Positions 30,552 through 39,887 of a stretch of DNA of 64,000 nt are shown here, in pieces. Within the stretch, counting starts at the first letter, position 1, and every line of letters starts with the position of its first letter. The notes beneath the pieces were generated by a model. That model did no database searches. It worked only from the letters and a program-made list of their open reading frames with translations, and was not told where the DNA came from. Where the stretch lies: assembly GCA_965214095.1 (NCBI GenBank), contig OZ243938.1, forward strand, positions 937,511 to 1,001,510, given 5' to 3'. This DNA comes from Candidatus Poribacteria bacterium (GTDB lineage Bacteria; Poribacteria; WGA-4E; WGA-3G). The position numbers and the translations under genes are program-made.

Positions 30552-31580
30552 TTATTTTTCAGACATAGTATCGGTTCTGGATTTTCCCTTAAACACTGCA
30601 TAGAGATACCAGAAGGCAGGAACAAGTATGATAACCCCAATAACAACAATAACCAATATGGGACGCAACACAGAATTTGGTGCTGCAGTGTTAGAAAAAG
30701 TTAGGTTTGGTGAAATAAGATAAGGATATTGAGCAAATCCCCAACCCAAAATAATCAACACGACCTGTATCGGCACAAGCACACGTGCAAGGTGGAAGTG
30801 CCGTCTCCAAATCGCCCAAATTGCCCAAATTGAGACTACCCCTGTTAATATATGGAACGGAATAGACCAGACACTATTTCCCAAACCGCGACGTATTGAA
30901 GGTGCACCTTCAGCAGACAAAAGAAAACTGATCACTGCCATCAATCCGACACTGAATGCTCCGATGAGAGCACGCATACGAAAATCTTCACGCAATTCAG
31001 GATCATCCGTTTCAAGCGTCAGGTAAACCGCAGCAATCAATCCACAGAGAGCCAAGGTGAAAAAACCGATTGCAAATGGGAACGGTGCCAACCAAGACGA
31101 GATAAAATCTGTGTCTACATGTCCAGTTTCTACATTAACATGTATTGTTCCAGAGGCGACTGCACCTAAAGCCACCCCCAACATAATAGGTGTAATTATG
31201 CTTGCAATAGCAAACACACGACTCCAACGGAGATGTGTCGTCTCAGATTGGTCATCATACGTTCTGAATACGAAGGCTGTCCCTCGAAGTACAATTCCGA
31301 ATAACATCAGTGTCAGTGGGATGTGTAGAGCAGTTCCTATAGTTGCAAATGCCACGGGAAACGCAGCAAATAGCAGCACAATAATGACAATCAACCAAAC
31401 GTGATTTGCTTCCCAGATTGGAGCAAGTGCGTGGGTAATTAGGTCACGTTGAGATTTTGCCCGTTTACCTGTTGCAAATAGGTCCCAGATTCCGCCACCA
31501 AAATCTGCACCACCAGTCAGCATATAGATTACCAGTGAGATTAGCATTACACCAGCAATCCAGATTTCAAGACCAAACAT
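30552..31580 (-). CDS. cydB: Cytochrome bd ubiquinol oxidase subunit II
   Basis: MFGLEIWIAGVMLI...GGADFGGGIWDL N-terminus and 8-9 TM helices. Start chosen at the internal Met. Confidence 0.8.
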   Translation of the reverse strand: MFGLEIWIAGVMLISLVIYMLTGGADFGGGIWDLFATGKRAKSQRDLITHALAPIWEANHVWLIVIIVLLFAAFPVAFATIGTALHIPLTLMLFGIVLRGTAFVFRTYDDQSETTHLRWSRVFAIASIITPIMLGVALGAVASGTIHVNVETGHVDTDFISSWLAPFPFAIGFFTLALCGLIAAVYLTLETDDPELREDFRMRALIGAFSVGLMAVISFLLSAEGAPSIRRGLGNSVWSIPFHILTGVVSIWAIWAIWRRHFHLARVLVPIQVVLIILGWGFAQYPYLISPNLTFSNTAAPNSVLRPILVIVVIGVIILVPAFWYLYAVFKGKSRTDTMSEK

Positions 31581-31682
31581 TTGCTTTCTCCACAGCTTTA
31601 TAGTAGAATCCAAAATATGTGGACACTGTGCGATGGGGTCTCACACAACACCTTTGTAATAGGTGCTGGGTAACCCAGCCCT

Positions 31683-32041
31683 ATATGCGTCAATGTATCA
31701 TCCTTCCAAGTACCGGTAGGTTCGGTTTCCTAACCGAACCGGTTTTGTGCCAAATACCTTCATAGAGGTTCTCGCACAGGTTCCGTGCGGTTAGGAAACC
31801 GCACCTACCGGCCTGGGGAAAACGCCTAATTTACACTAAATTGACGCTCATGGTGCTGGGTAATCCTGCTCCATATACGTCAATGTATCATCCTTCCAAG
31901 TACCGGTAGGTTCGGTTTCCTAACCGAACCGGTTTTGTGCCAAATACCTTCATAGAGGTTCTCGCACAGGTTCCGTGCGGTTAGGAAACCGCACCTACCG
32001 GCCTGGGGAAAACGCCTAATTTACACTAAATTGACGCCTAT
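31683..32041. mobile_element. Two tandem copies of the IS4-derived MITE (approx 170 bp each), each with a REP doublet, separated and flanked by an approx 20-bp direct repeat. They lie between cydA and cydB.
   Basis: Units 31683..31851 and 31873..32041 are about 97% identical. Direct repeat GGTGCTGGGTAACCCAGCCC occurs three times. Confidence 0.65.
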
Positions 32042-32096
32042 GGTACTGGGTAACCCCGCCCCTACGTTTCCTGCCGCGTGTGCAAATAATTTATGA

Positions 32097-33386
32097 TTAT
32101 TCTTGGAATATTTGTCGCCGCATCAGGATAACAACTATTATTGAGAGGAAAATGTAGAGTATCGTAAATCCAATAAAGGGAACTACAAGATTTGGCATTG
32201 GCGTAACAGCATCTGCTGTGCGCATGTAGTTGTAAATGACCCACGGTTGCCGTCCGACTTCTGTCACTGTCCACCCCGCTTCAATCGCAATAAACCCCAG
32301 TGGCGCACAACATGTGACAAACCTGAGATACCATCTATCAACAGGTATCCCTTTACGTTTCCATGCCAACCATCCGCCAAGTAGACCAGCAACAATCATT
32401 ACCATGCCACACGCAACCATAATCTGAAAAGCATAGTGGACAATTGCAACGGGAGGACGATCTTCGGGTGGATATTCTTTGAGTCCTTTTATTTCAGCAT
32501 TGAAATCAAAATGTGCAAGGAAACTGAGTGCTTTTGGGATTTCTATGGCATAGCGGGTCACTTCGTCCTTTTCATCAGGAATGCCGCCGATACGCAAGGG
32601 AGCACCACGTTCTGTTTCCCACTGTGCCTCCATTGCAGCAAGTTTAACAGGTTGATGTTTTGCCACCTTTTTCGCACTGATGTCTCCAGAAATCGGCTGT
32701 AGAATTGAAAATACTACTCCTACACTTAGTGCGATAGCGAATGCTTTTCTATGAAAAGAACTCTCTGGATTTTGCCTCAGAAAATATGCATGTATGCCAG
32801 CAACAGCGAATCCAACTGCAAGGAATGCAGCGATGGTCATGTGAAGACATTGACTGAATGAGGATGGGTTTAACATCGCAGCGATTGGGTCAATGTTAGT
32901 AAAGTTGCCATCAATGTATGTAAACCCGGTGGGAGTGTTCATCCAAGCATTTGCAGTAACAACGAATATACCGGACATCATGCCACCCAGTAGCACCATC
33001 ACACCTGCTAACCAGTGAACCTTCTTTGGAACACGATCCCATCCATATAGATAGATGCCGAGAAAGATTGCTTCAATAAAGAATGCCAAACCTTCCAAAG
33101 AAAATGGCATACCTATGATACGACCTGCATGTGCCATAAAGGTTGGCCACAACAACCCGAGTTCAAAGGATAAGACGGTTCCTGAAACCGCACCGACAGC
33201 AAACATAATTGCTGTCCCTTTTGACCATCGTTTAGCAAGTGTGAGATAAGTGTCATCGTTGGTTCTAAGCCACATACCTTCAGCAATCACCATGAGTAGT
33301 GGCATTGCTATCCCAACGGAGGCAAAGATGATATGAAAGGCGAGAGACATCGCCATCTGTGCGCGTGCTGCTAACAGGTCTGCCAT
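32097..33386 (-). CDS. cydA: Cytochrome bd ubiquinol oxidase subunit I
   Basis: MAMSLAFHIIFASVGI..., Q-loop region, 9 TM helices. Confidence 0.85.
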   Translation of the reverse strand: MADLLAARAQMAMSLAFHIIFASVGIAMPLLMVIAEGMWLRTNDDTYLTLAKRWSKGTAIMFAVGAVSGTVLSFELGLLWPTFMAHAGRIIGMPFSLEGLAFFIEAIFLGIYLYGWDRVPKKVHWLAGVMVLLGGMMSGIFVVTANAWMNTPTGFTYIDGNFTNIDPIAAMLNPSSFSQCLHMTIAAFLAVGFAVAGIHAYFLRQNPESSFHRKAFAIALSVGVVFSILQPISGDISAKKVAKHQPVKLAAMEAQWETERGAPLRIGGIPDEKDEVTRYAIEIPKALSFLAHFDFNAEIKGLKEYPPEDRPPVAIVHYAFQIMVACGMVMIVAGLLGGWLAWKRKGIPVDRWYLRFVTCCAPLGFIAIEAGWTVTEVGRQPWVIYNYMRTADAVTPMPNLVVPFIGFTILYIFLSIIVVILMRRQIFQE

Positions 33387-33437
33387 AGGTTTTTCCTATA
33401 GGCGGGTTATGGACCCGCCAAAATAAAACGGTAGTAG

Positions 33438-34259
33438 TTATGCTACCCATGGTTCAAGACCGAGAAGTTTTTTCCCTAACGGTGTAAGTGCAGCCGTTTT
33501 TCCTTCATTGTGTTCCTTCTCTTTTTGGTTTTTACCAAGTCCTGTGAGTCGTTCCTTCCATCCTGTTACCCGACTTTCGCTTGTATCTTTGCCATCATTT
33601 GGTGCGGGTGACATGGTGATATATTGTGCCATACGGGGACGTTCAGCGGAATTTGGACTACTGCCATGAGGTAATGCACTGTGCCATATAACGAGATCGC
33701 CTGCATTTCCTGCGATTGGAACGGTTTGATCTTGATAGGCACGCACAATATGTCGTGGATTTTGATCATCAGGGAGACTGTCTAACCACGTTTCCAATTT
33801 TCGATGGAAACCGGGAATGCAGGTAAATGCTCCCTGATTACTTGGTGTATCTGCCAGATAGAGCACGCCTTGCACCTTTAACGTTACCGGCATATTATCT
33901 AAAGACATATCCCAATGTAGATACGGACCGGGGAATTTCCAATCATCACGTTCTGGTGGATTCATACTTGCGCGGTCAAAACTGACCCATAGTTTTTCGT
34001 TATTCCAGATTTCTGTGAATGCTTGGTGCACCCGTGGATATTGTCTGTTATCCCACAATGCTTGGTGTTGATATATTTCGACCATGATACCCCGACGATC
34101 TGTTGGATACCAACTATCGGGATTGTCTCCATCCATTTCAAGGAAGTCCCATACAGCCTGTTCTGCTGCACGGCAATTTTCAAGTGGAACTGCTTCACGG
34201 ACAACGACATAGCCGTGTTCGTTCCAAAATTCTAAATCTTCTTTAGTAAAGACAGGCAT
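33438..34259 (-). CDS. Phytanoyl-CoA dioxygenase (PhyH) family Fe(II)/2-oxoglutarate oxygenase
   Basis: HWD...H motif region (LHWDMS, WHSALPHGSSPN). Confidence 0.65.
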   Translation of the reverse strand: MPVFTKEDLEFWNEHGYVVVREAVPLENCRAAEQAVWDFLEMDGDNPDSWYPTDRRGIMVEIYQHQALWDNRQYPRVHQAFTEIWNNEKLWVSFDRASMNPPERDDWKFPGPYLHWDMSLDNMPVTLKVQGVLYLADTPSNQGAFTCIPGFHRKLETWLDSLPDDQNPRHIVRAYQDQTVPIAGNAGDLVIWHSALPHGSSPNSAERPRMAQYITMSPAPNDGKDTSESRVTGWKERLTGLGKNQKEKEHNEGKTAALTPLGKKLLGLEPWVA

Positions 34260-34371
34260 GAGTTACTCCGATCATATTAATTTGACCGTTTTAGGTCAAT
34301 ACGTTGTTGATATAAGTTAAGTCACTCAATAATCTTACAAATATTTTCAATGTATAACGTAAGGAAACGAT

Positions 34372-35055
34372 TTATGTTGCAAAATGCTTTCTGGCATATT
34401 CAAGTCGTTCTGGCACACCGATGTCTATCCATTCGGTTTCGACTTTATGGACATAAAGTTGTGATAGGAAAGGGAAGACATCACGTTCAATAGAAAAGAC
34501 ATCCTTCTTTGGAAAAGCATCAATTATGGATTGGTTAAAAAGAAAAACTGCAGCGTTTGCACAACCCGGTCGCGCGATTTGTTGTTTTTCTCTAAACTCA
34601 GTGATGCGTCCCTGTGCATTAGACACAATTTCTCCGTAAGATGTTAGATCTTGCACTGAAATCCCGAGTAATAATCCATCCATTTCAGGTCGTAGTTGAG
34701 TCAGCATATCGGACAATGAGATGTTTTTCAACAATATATCTCCATGAAGAACAAAGACAGGGAATTCATCAACGAAGCGGAATGCGTTTTTTATCGCACC
34801 ACCTGTTCCCAATCGTTTATCCTCTTTGGCATATCGAATTCTCAGACCAGCACATTCTTCGCCTACTTGTGCATATAGCACGTCATGCAAATGTCCTGAA
34901 GCAAGAATTACCTCATGCACTCCTGCTGAAGACAGTAGTTCAAGCTGCCATTCTAAAACAGTTCTTTCATCGATTTTCAACAGAACTTTTGGAAGTGTTT
35001 GTGTAGTTTTACCGAGTCTTGTGGAGAGTCCGCCGCAGAGAATAATCGCTTGCAT
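34372..35055 (-). CDS. Sugar-phosphate nucleotidyltransferase (NTP_transferase family)
   Basis: MQAIILCGGLSTRLG glycine-rich N-terminus. Confidence 0.7.
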   Translation of the reverse strand: MQAIILCGGLSTRLGKTTQTLPKVLLKIDERTVLEWQLELLSSAGVHEVILASGHLHDVLYAQVGEECAGLRIRYAKEDKRLGTGGAIKNAFRFVDEFPVFVLHGDILLKNISLSDMLTQLRPEMDGLLLGISVQDLTSYGEIVSNAQGRITEFREKQQIARPGCANAAVFLFNQSIIDAFPKKDVFSIERDVFPFLSQLYVHKVETEWIDIGVPERLEYARKHFAT

Positions 35056-35087
35056 GAGTTAATTTCCATAGTAGGCAGTGGATATTC

Positions 35088-35483
35088 TCAATTGAAATCA
35101 GTTTTGGGTATATAATCAAATGCACTCTGAATTTGCTCAAGATGTAGGACTTCAAGCTGTGGCGACAAATGTATTGCTATCACATCAAAACGGCATGGTG
35201 CATTCATTAGATTCTTCTTTTGTAAATATGCCAATGCGATTTTTGAAATTTGACGTTGTTTCTTTAGGGTTACTGCGTATTGTGGCAATCCAAACTTTAA
35301 ACTGCGTCGCGTTTTAACTTCAACGAATACAATCCTATCTCCCTGTTTCACGATTAAATCAATTTCACCGCGTCGGAAACGGTAGTTCTGTGCAAGAATT
35401 TGATAGCCATGTGCTTTTAGATATTCTGCTGCAGCGGATTCACCGATTTTAGCAATGACTGTGCGAGGATGATGTTTTGACAT
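35088..35483 (-). CDS. yraN: YraN-family (UPF0102) endonuclease-like protein
   Basis: GESAAAEYLKAHGYQILAQNYRFRRGEIDLI...VFVEVKTR motif. Confidence 0.8.
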   Translation of the reverse strand: MSKHHPRTVIAKIGESAAAEYLKAHGYQILAQNYRFRRGEIDLIVKQGDRIVFVEVKTRRSLKFGLPQYAVTLKKQRQISKIALAYLQKKNLMNAPCRFDVIAIHLSPQLEVLHLEQIQSAFDYIPKTDFN

Positions 35484-35529
35484 GCCAAGTTTCCCTCTTA
35501 TGTTGAGGATAGTCTATGGTTAGATGAAA

Positions 35530-36120
35530 CTAATCTGGAAGCAATTTGAAAGTATTCCGATGAATTGAGGATGCACCGAACTGTGCAATCGCCTGACGAT
35601 GTTGCGCAGTTGGGTATCCTTTGTGTTGCTTAAATCCGTAATCTGGATATTTCTCATCAAATTCAACCATTAATGCATCGCGTGTAGTTTTAGCGATAAC
35701 GGATGCAGCTGCAATTGACAAACTCAGGCTGTCCCCTTTTGGAATTGCATCACTTGGAATATCAATGTCAGGCAGTTTGGAACCATCAACCAACAGACAA
35801 TCAGGTTTCGGTGTCAATTGTTCAACCGCACACTTCATCGCAAGTAATGACGCTTGCAAGATGTTTATCCGTTCAATAGTGCGGTTATCCACTGAACCTG
35901 TACCGATTGAAATGGCTACACTGCGGATTTTTTCCGCTAACACCTCGCGCTGATTAGGTGTCAATAGTTTTGAGTCAGTTAACCCCTCAATTTGACAGTC
36001 AGCAGGCAAGATGACAGCTGCAGCCACCACAGGACCTGCCAATGCCCCTCTTCCTGCTTCGTCAACCCCTGCAATTTGTGAGAAACCCTTTAGCCTACAA
36101 ACGCGCTCATAAGCGTCCAT
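35530..36120 (-). CDS. rnhB: Ribonuclease HII
   Basis: GVDEAGRGALAGPVVAAAVIL catalytic N-terminus. Start taken at MDAYER. Confidence 0.85.
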   Translation of the reverse strand: MDAYERVCRLKGFSQIAGVDEAGRGALAGPVVAAAVILPADCQIEGLTDSKLLTPNQREVLAEKIRSVAISIGTGSVDNRTIERINILQASLLAMKCAVEQLTPKPDCLLVDGSKLPDIDIPSDAIPKGDSLSLSIAAASVIAKTTRDALMVEFDEKYPDYGFKQHKGYPTAQHRQAIAQFGASSIHRNTFKLLPD

Positions 36121-36124
36121 TCTG

Positions 36125-36469
36125 TTATCTTCTGCGTTCCTTGACACGAGCAGCACGTCCAGTTCGGTCTCTCAGATAGTATAATTTTGCACGTCTAACT
36201 GCCCCATATCTGACCACTCTAATGCTTTCAATATTGGGTGAGTGTAATGGAAATGTTCGCTCACTACCTGTGCCAAAGGCAACTCGTCGCACAGTAAATG
36301 TAGCACTCGTGCCACCATGTGCACGACGAATCACGGTGCCTTCATAAGCCTGAATACGTTCCTTCTGTCCTTCTCGGATACGAGTATTGACTCTAATAAT
36401 GTCTCCAGGACCGAACTCTGGTATATCGGATTTCTTATATTGATTTTCTACAGATTCAATTAAATTCAT
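36125..36469 (-). CDS. rplS: 50S ribosomal protein L19
   Basis: [11 protein letters not shown]...[29 protein letters not shown]. Confidence 0.9.
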   Translation of the reverse strand: MNLIESVENQYKKSDIPEFGPGDIIRVNTRIREGQKERIQAYEGTVIRRAHGGTSATFTVRRVAFGTGSERTFPLHSPNIESIRVVRYGAVRRAKLYYLRDRTGRAARVKERRR

Positions 36470-36506
36470 TGTGATACCTCCTTCATAAGATTTTTATGAA
36501 TGTAAA

Positions 36507-36646
36507 TTATAGTGAAATGTAAAAATATATGCACACTCTACGGTAGATGCGGTTTCCAAACCGCATCTATGAGACTGAACAAACACCGGTTCGGTTAGGA
36601 AACCGAACCTACCGTCGTGTGTAAATAATTATGGTTTTTACTATAA
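36507..36646. mobile_element. Intact copy of the MITE with TIR TTATAGTGAAA, carrying an inverted REP doublet. Inserted between trmD and rplS.
   Basis: TTATAGTGAAATGTAAAAATAT...CGGTAGATGCGGTTTCCAAACCGCATC...GGTTCGGTTAGGAAACCGAACCTACCG...GGTTTTTACTATAA. Confidence 0.65.
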
Positions 36647-36664
36647 GCGACTTGTGGCATTGAC

Positions 36665-37393
36665 TTACATGTTATCTTCCAGTATTTTGAGGATAGTAAG
36701 TTCCTCATCAGACAACTCAAGATCTTGAAGTAAATCTGGACGATGGTGTGCAGTCCGTTTTAGTGCTTCCACCTGCCGCCATTTTTTTATATTTTCATGA
36801 TGTCCACTCAATAGCACTTCAGGCACTTCCATTCCTTCATACACTGCGGGTCGTGTGTAGTGTGGATGGTCAAGTAAGTCTTGACTGAAAGAGTCCTCGT
36901 GTGCAGATTCAAAGTCTCCTAACGCTCCTGGTAATACGCGCCCGATTGCATCTATAAGCACGAGTGCTGCGATTTCGCCGCCACTCAGAACATAATCACC
37001 GATTGATACTTCAGATGTAATGACCTTTTGACGTACACGTTCATCAATACCTTTGTAACGACCACATATTAGAATGATATGTGTCTCCAAAGACATGGCT
37101 TCAACTAATGATTGAGTTAAAGGAGTGCCTTGCGGGGTTAGAAATACAACGTTTGCATCAGATGTAGTATTCAATGCATTAACGGCAGCAAAAAGGGGTT
37201 CAGGTTTGAGAATCATTCCCGCCCCACCACCGTAAGGATAGTCATCAACTGATTTGTGCTTGTCAGTTGCCCAATCGCGCAAGTTATAGACATTGATGGT
37301 GAGTCCACCTGCATCCTGAATTCGCTTGAGTATCCCTGTTTGCAATGCGGGTGCGATGATCTCTGGAAACAGCGCGAGCACATCCAATTTCAT
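36665..37393 (-). CDS. trmD: tRNA (guanine37-N1)-methyltransferase
   Basis: MKLDVLALFPE...DDYPYGGGAGM SPOUT motif. Confidence 0.9.
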   Translation of the reverse strand: MKLDVLALFPEIIAPALQTGILKRIQDAGGLTINVYNLRDWATDKHKSVDDYPYGGGAGMILKPEPLFAAVNALNTTSDANVVFLTPQGTPLTQSLVEAMSLETHIILICGRYKGIDERVRQKVITSEVSIGDYVLSGGEIAALVLIDAIGRVLPGALGDFESAHEDSFSQDLLDHPHYTRPAVYEGMEVPEVLLSGHHENIKKWRQVEALKRTAHHRPDLLQDLELSDEELTILKILEDNM

Positions 37394-37414
37394 TTTTATG
37401 TATGCCTATTATCA

Positions 37415-37669
37415 TTATTCTTCTTCGGTTCGCGGCTCCTCAATAAGTTCAAGAATCACTTTCTTTTGTGTTTTCAATCCAGCAGTGTACAACAGTGTCC
37501 TAATAGCTTTGAGAGTCCTTCCGTATCTACCGATAATTTTCCCCAAATCTGCTTCTGCGACAATCAGTTCAATAATAACCACCTTTTCGCCAGTCACTTC
37601 ACGGACTATTACATCATCAGGATAGTCAACAAGGGCTTTTACGATGTATTCTATAAGTTCTTTGAACAT
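37415..37669 (-). CDS. KH-domain RNA-binding protein (YlqC-like), 84 aa
   Basis: MFKELIEYIVKALVDYPDDV...IGRYGRTLKAIRTLL. Start moved to the internal Met because the upstream extension overlaps rpsP. Confidence 0.7.
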   Translation of the reverse strand: MFKELIEYIVKALVDYPDDVIVREVTGEKVVIIELIVAEADLGKIIGRYGRTLKAIRTLLYTAGLKTQKKVILELIEEPRTEEE

Positions 37670-37730
37670 AACTAACTCAATGGTTATAATGAACTCTGGA
37701 TATGTAGACAATGAAGTTAAACTGGAATGA

Positions 37731-38168
37731 TTATTCTTCTTCAGATGCGTCTGAATGTGCATCGGACGATTCTGTGTCTTCTTCAACCGATTCAGGCGTG
37801 TCTTCGGTCTGAAGTGCTTCCTGATTATCTTCGGCAGGAGCAGTTTCTGTTTCTTCAGCGGGTTCGTCTGTTACACTTTCTTCTACGTCGGGAAGTGGTT
37901 TTCCAAGTTTTTCATAAGTAAATTTCTTCCAGATGCCTTGTTGTGAAAGCAATCTCTTGGCTGTGTCGGTGGGTTGTGCCCCACGTCTGAGCCATTTTAG
38001 TGCTTTTTCTTCATCAATAAGGACTTCTGCGGGTTCCGTAATAGGATTATAGTGACCGAGTCGTTCTAAAAAGACACCGTCCCGCTGTGCTCGCGCATCA
38101 GCTGCTACGAGTCGATAGAATGGACGTTTCTTTCTTCCGAGTCGTTGCAATCTAATTTTAACTGCCAA
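37731..38168 (-). CDS. rpsP: 30S ribosomal protein S16 with an acidic C-terminal extension
   Basis: [31 protein letters not shown]. Confidence 0.9.
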   Translation of the reverse strand: MAVKIRLQRLGRKKRPFYRLVAADARAQRDGVFLERLGHYNPITEPAEVLIDEEKALKWLRRGAQPTDTAKRLLSQQGIWKKFTYEKLGKPLPDVEESVTDEPAEETETAPAEDNQEALQTEDTPESVEEDTESSDAHSDASEEE

Positions 38169-38236
38169 AAATAACCTCCTGGTTGATTGTATAGCTGAAT
38201 TTACCAGATATAATCTAATTGTAATTGCGTATGCCG

Positions 38237-39625
38237 TTATTTTTTTCTTCTACGTTTTCGTGGTTTTCTTGATTTACGTTGTGTTCGAGGGAAAGCACCT
38301 AAATTTCCACCCATCTTTGGTATCGCCATTGCTCCCTGTTGGTTAAACATGTTATTCATCATACGTAACTGTGAAACCAATTGATTAATCTGATTAACCG
38401 ATGTGCCACTGCCTTTGGATATACGCATTTTCCGGCTACGATCTAATTGAACGGTATTGCTCCGTTCAGCAGGTGTCATTGACTGAATGACCGCTTTAAT
38501 ATGTTTAATATGGTCTTCATCAGGCTGCATGTCTTTGATGGGTAATTGGTTTTTAAACGGGACAAGATCAAGTATTTGGTCAAGCGGTCCCATATTCTTA
38601 ATTTGTTCAAGCTGCGTAAGTAAATCGTTGAAATCTAAACCTTTTTTCTCTGTTAATTTCCGTTCTAATTCTCTTGCCTGATCTTCACTGAAGACTTCTT
38701 CAGCTTTTTCCATCAAGGTCTGGAAATCACCTTGACCGATAATACGTGAAGCCATCCGTTCAGGATGGAATTCTTCAAGCGTATTCGCGTCAATTTTCTC
38801 CCCGACACCAATAAATTTGATGGGTTTGTCTGTAACAGAACGGATCGAGAGTGCAGCACCACCGCGTGCATCCCCATCCATCTTCGTCAAAATTACCCCA
38901 CTAATATCCAAATCCTTATTGAAGTTTTCTGCGACGTTTACTGCGTCTTGACCTGTCATCGCATCAACTACGAGCAGGATTTCTGACGGATTTACCGCAT
39001 CCTTGATTCCCTTCAGTTCATTCATCAATGTTTCATCAATGTGCAAACGACCTGCTGTATCAATAATTACACAATCGTAACCACGATTGAGTGCATCTTG
39101 CACAGCATCCTTTGCAATTTTGACAGGTGAGACATCTGTCCCCAGTGCAAAGACAGGACAATCAATCTGTTCACCAAGTACCTGAAGCTGCTTGATTGCT
39201 GCAGGACGGTAAACATCACCTGCCGCGAGCATCGGATTACGTCCATCCTTACGGAATTTGAGTGCTAACTTCGCTGCGACTGTTGTTTTACCAGCACCTT
39301 GCAATCCGGCTAACATCACAACCGTTGGTCCGCTGGAAGATATCTGAATCTTCGCAGATTCTGTTCCCATCAAAGTGGTTAATTCTTCTTGGATTATCTT
39401 CGCAATTTGGAGTTCTGGTGTGAGACTCCCCATCACCTCTTGACCGAGTGCACGTTCCTTGATGCTTTCAATAAAATCGCGTGTGACCTTGTAGTTCACA
39501 TCTGCTTCTAAGAAGGCGCGACGCACTTCTCGCAGGGAATCAGAGATATTCTTCTCTGTCATTTTTCCCTGACCTTTAATCTTTTTAAAGGTGCTTTGTA
39601 GCCGATCACTCAAACTCTCAAACAT
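38237..39625 (-). CDS. ffh: Signal recognition particle protein Ffh
   Basis: N domain, GTPase G domain ([20 protein letters not shown]), M domain, and a basic tail. Confidence 0.9.
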   Translation of the reverse strand: MFESLSDRLQSTFKKIKGQGKMTEKNISDSLREVRRAFLEADVNYKVTRDFIESIKERALGQEVMGSLTPELQIAKIIQEELTTLMGTESAKIQISSSGPTVVMLAGLQGAGKTTVAAKLALKFRKDGRNPMLAAGDVYRPAAIKQLQVLGEQIDCPVFALGTDVSPVKIAKDAVQDALNRGYDCVIIDTAGRLHIDETLMNELKGIKDAVNPSEILLVVDAMTGQDAVNVAENFNKDLDISGVILTKMDGDARGGAALSIRSVTDKPIKFIGVGEKIDANTLEEFHPERMASRIIGQGDFQTLMEKAEEVFSEDQARELERKLTEKKGLDFNDLLTQLEQIKNMGPLDQILDLVPFKNQLPIKDMQPDEDHIKHIKAVIQSMTPAERSNTVQLDRSRKMRISKGSGTSVNQINQLVSQLRMMNNMFNQQGAMAIPKMGGNLGAFPRTQRKSRKPRKRRRKK

Positions 39626-39887
39626 GCGTTTAAATCCTTTATCAAAGGGAAATTAATTAAAGAATTATAGCAGGTTTAATGGGTTCTGTCAAGTTTTTTT
39701 GTGGTTGAGCAGGGTGTTGGGAAGTATATCTGAATTGTGGATTTTCGCGGATTGTCCAGACTTTGTAGGTTGTAGTACTGGATATAGTCAAAGTCACTGA
39801 AAATTTGTTTTTGATTAGATGAATGCTTCTGGTTCTTTATCTAATTTGCAGCTGCTCCAACATAGAGGGTAGGTCTATCTGCGGAAA

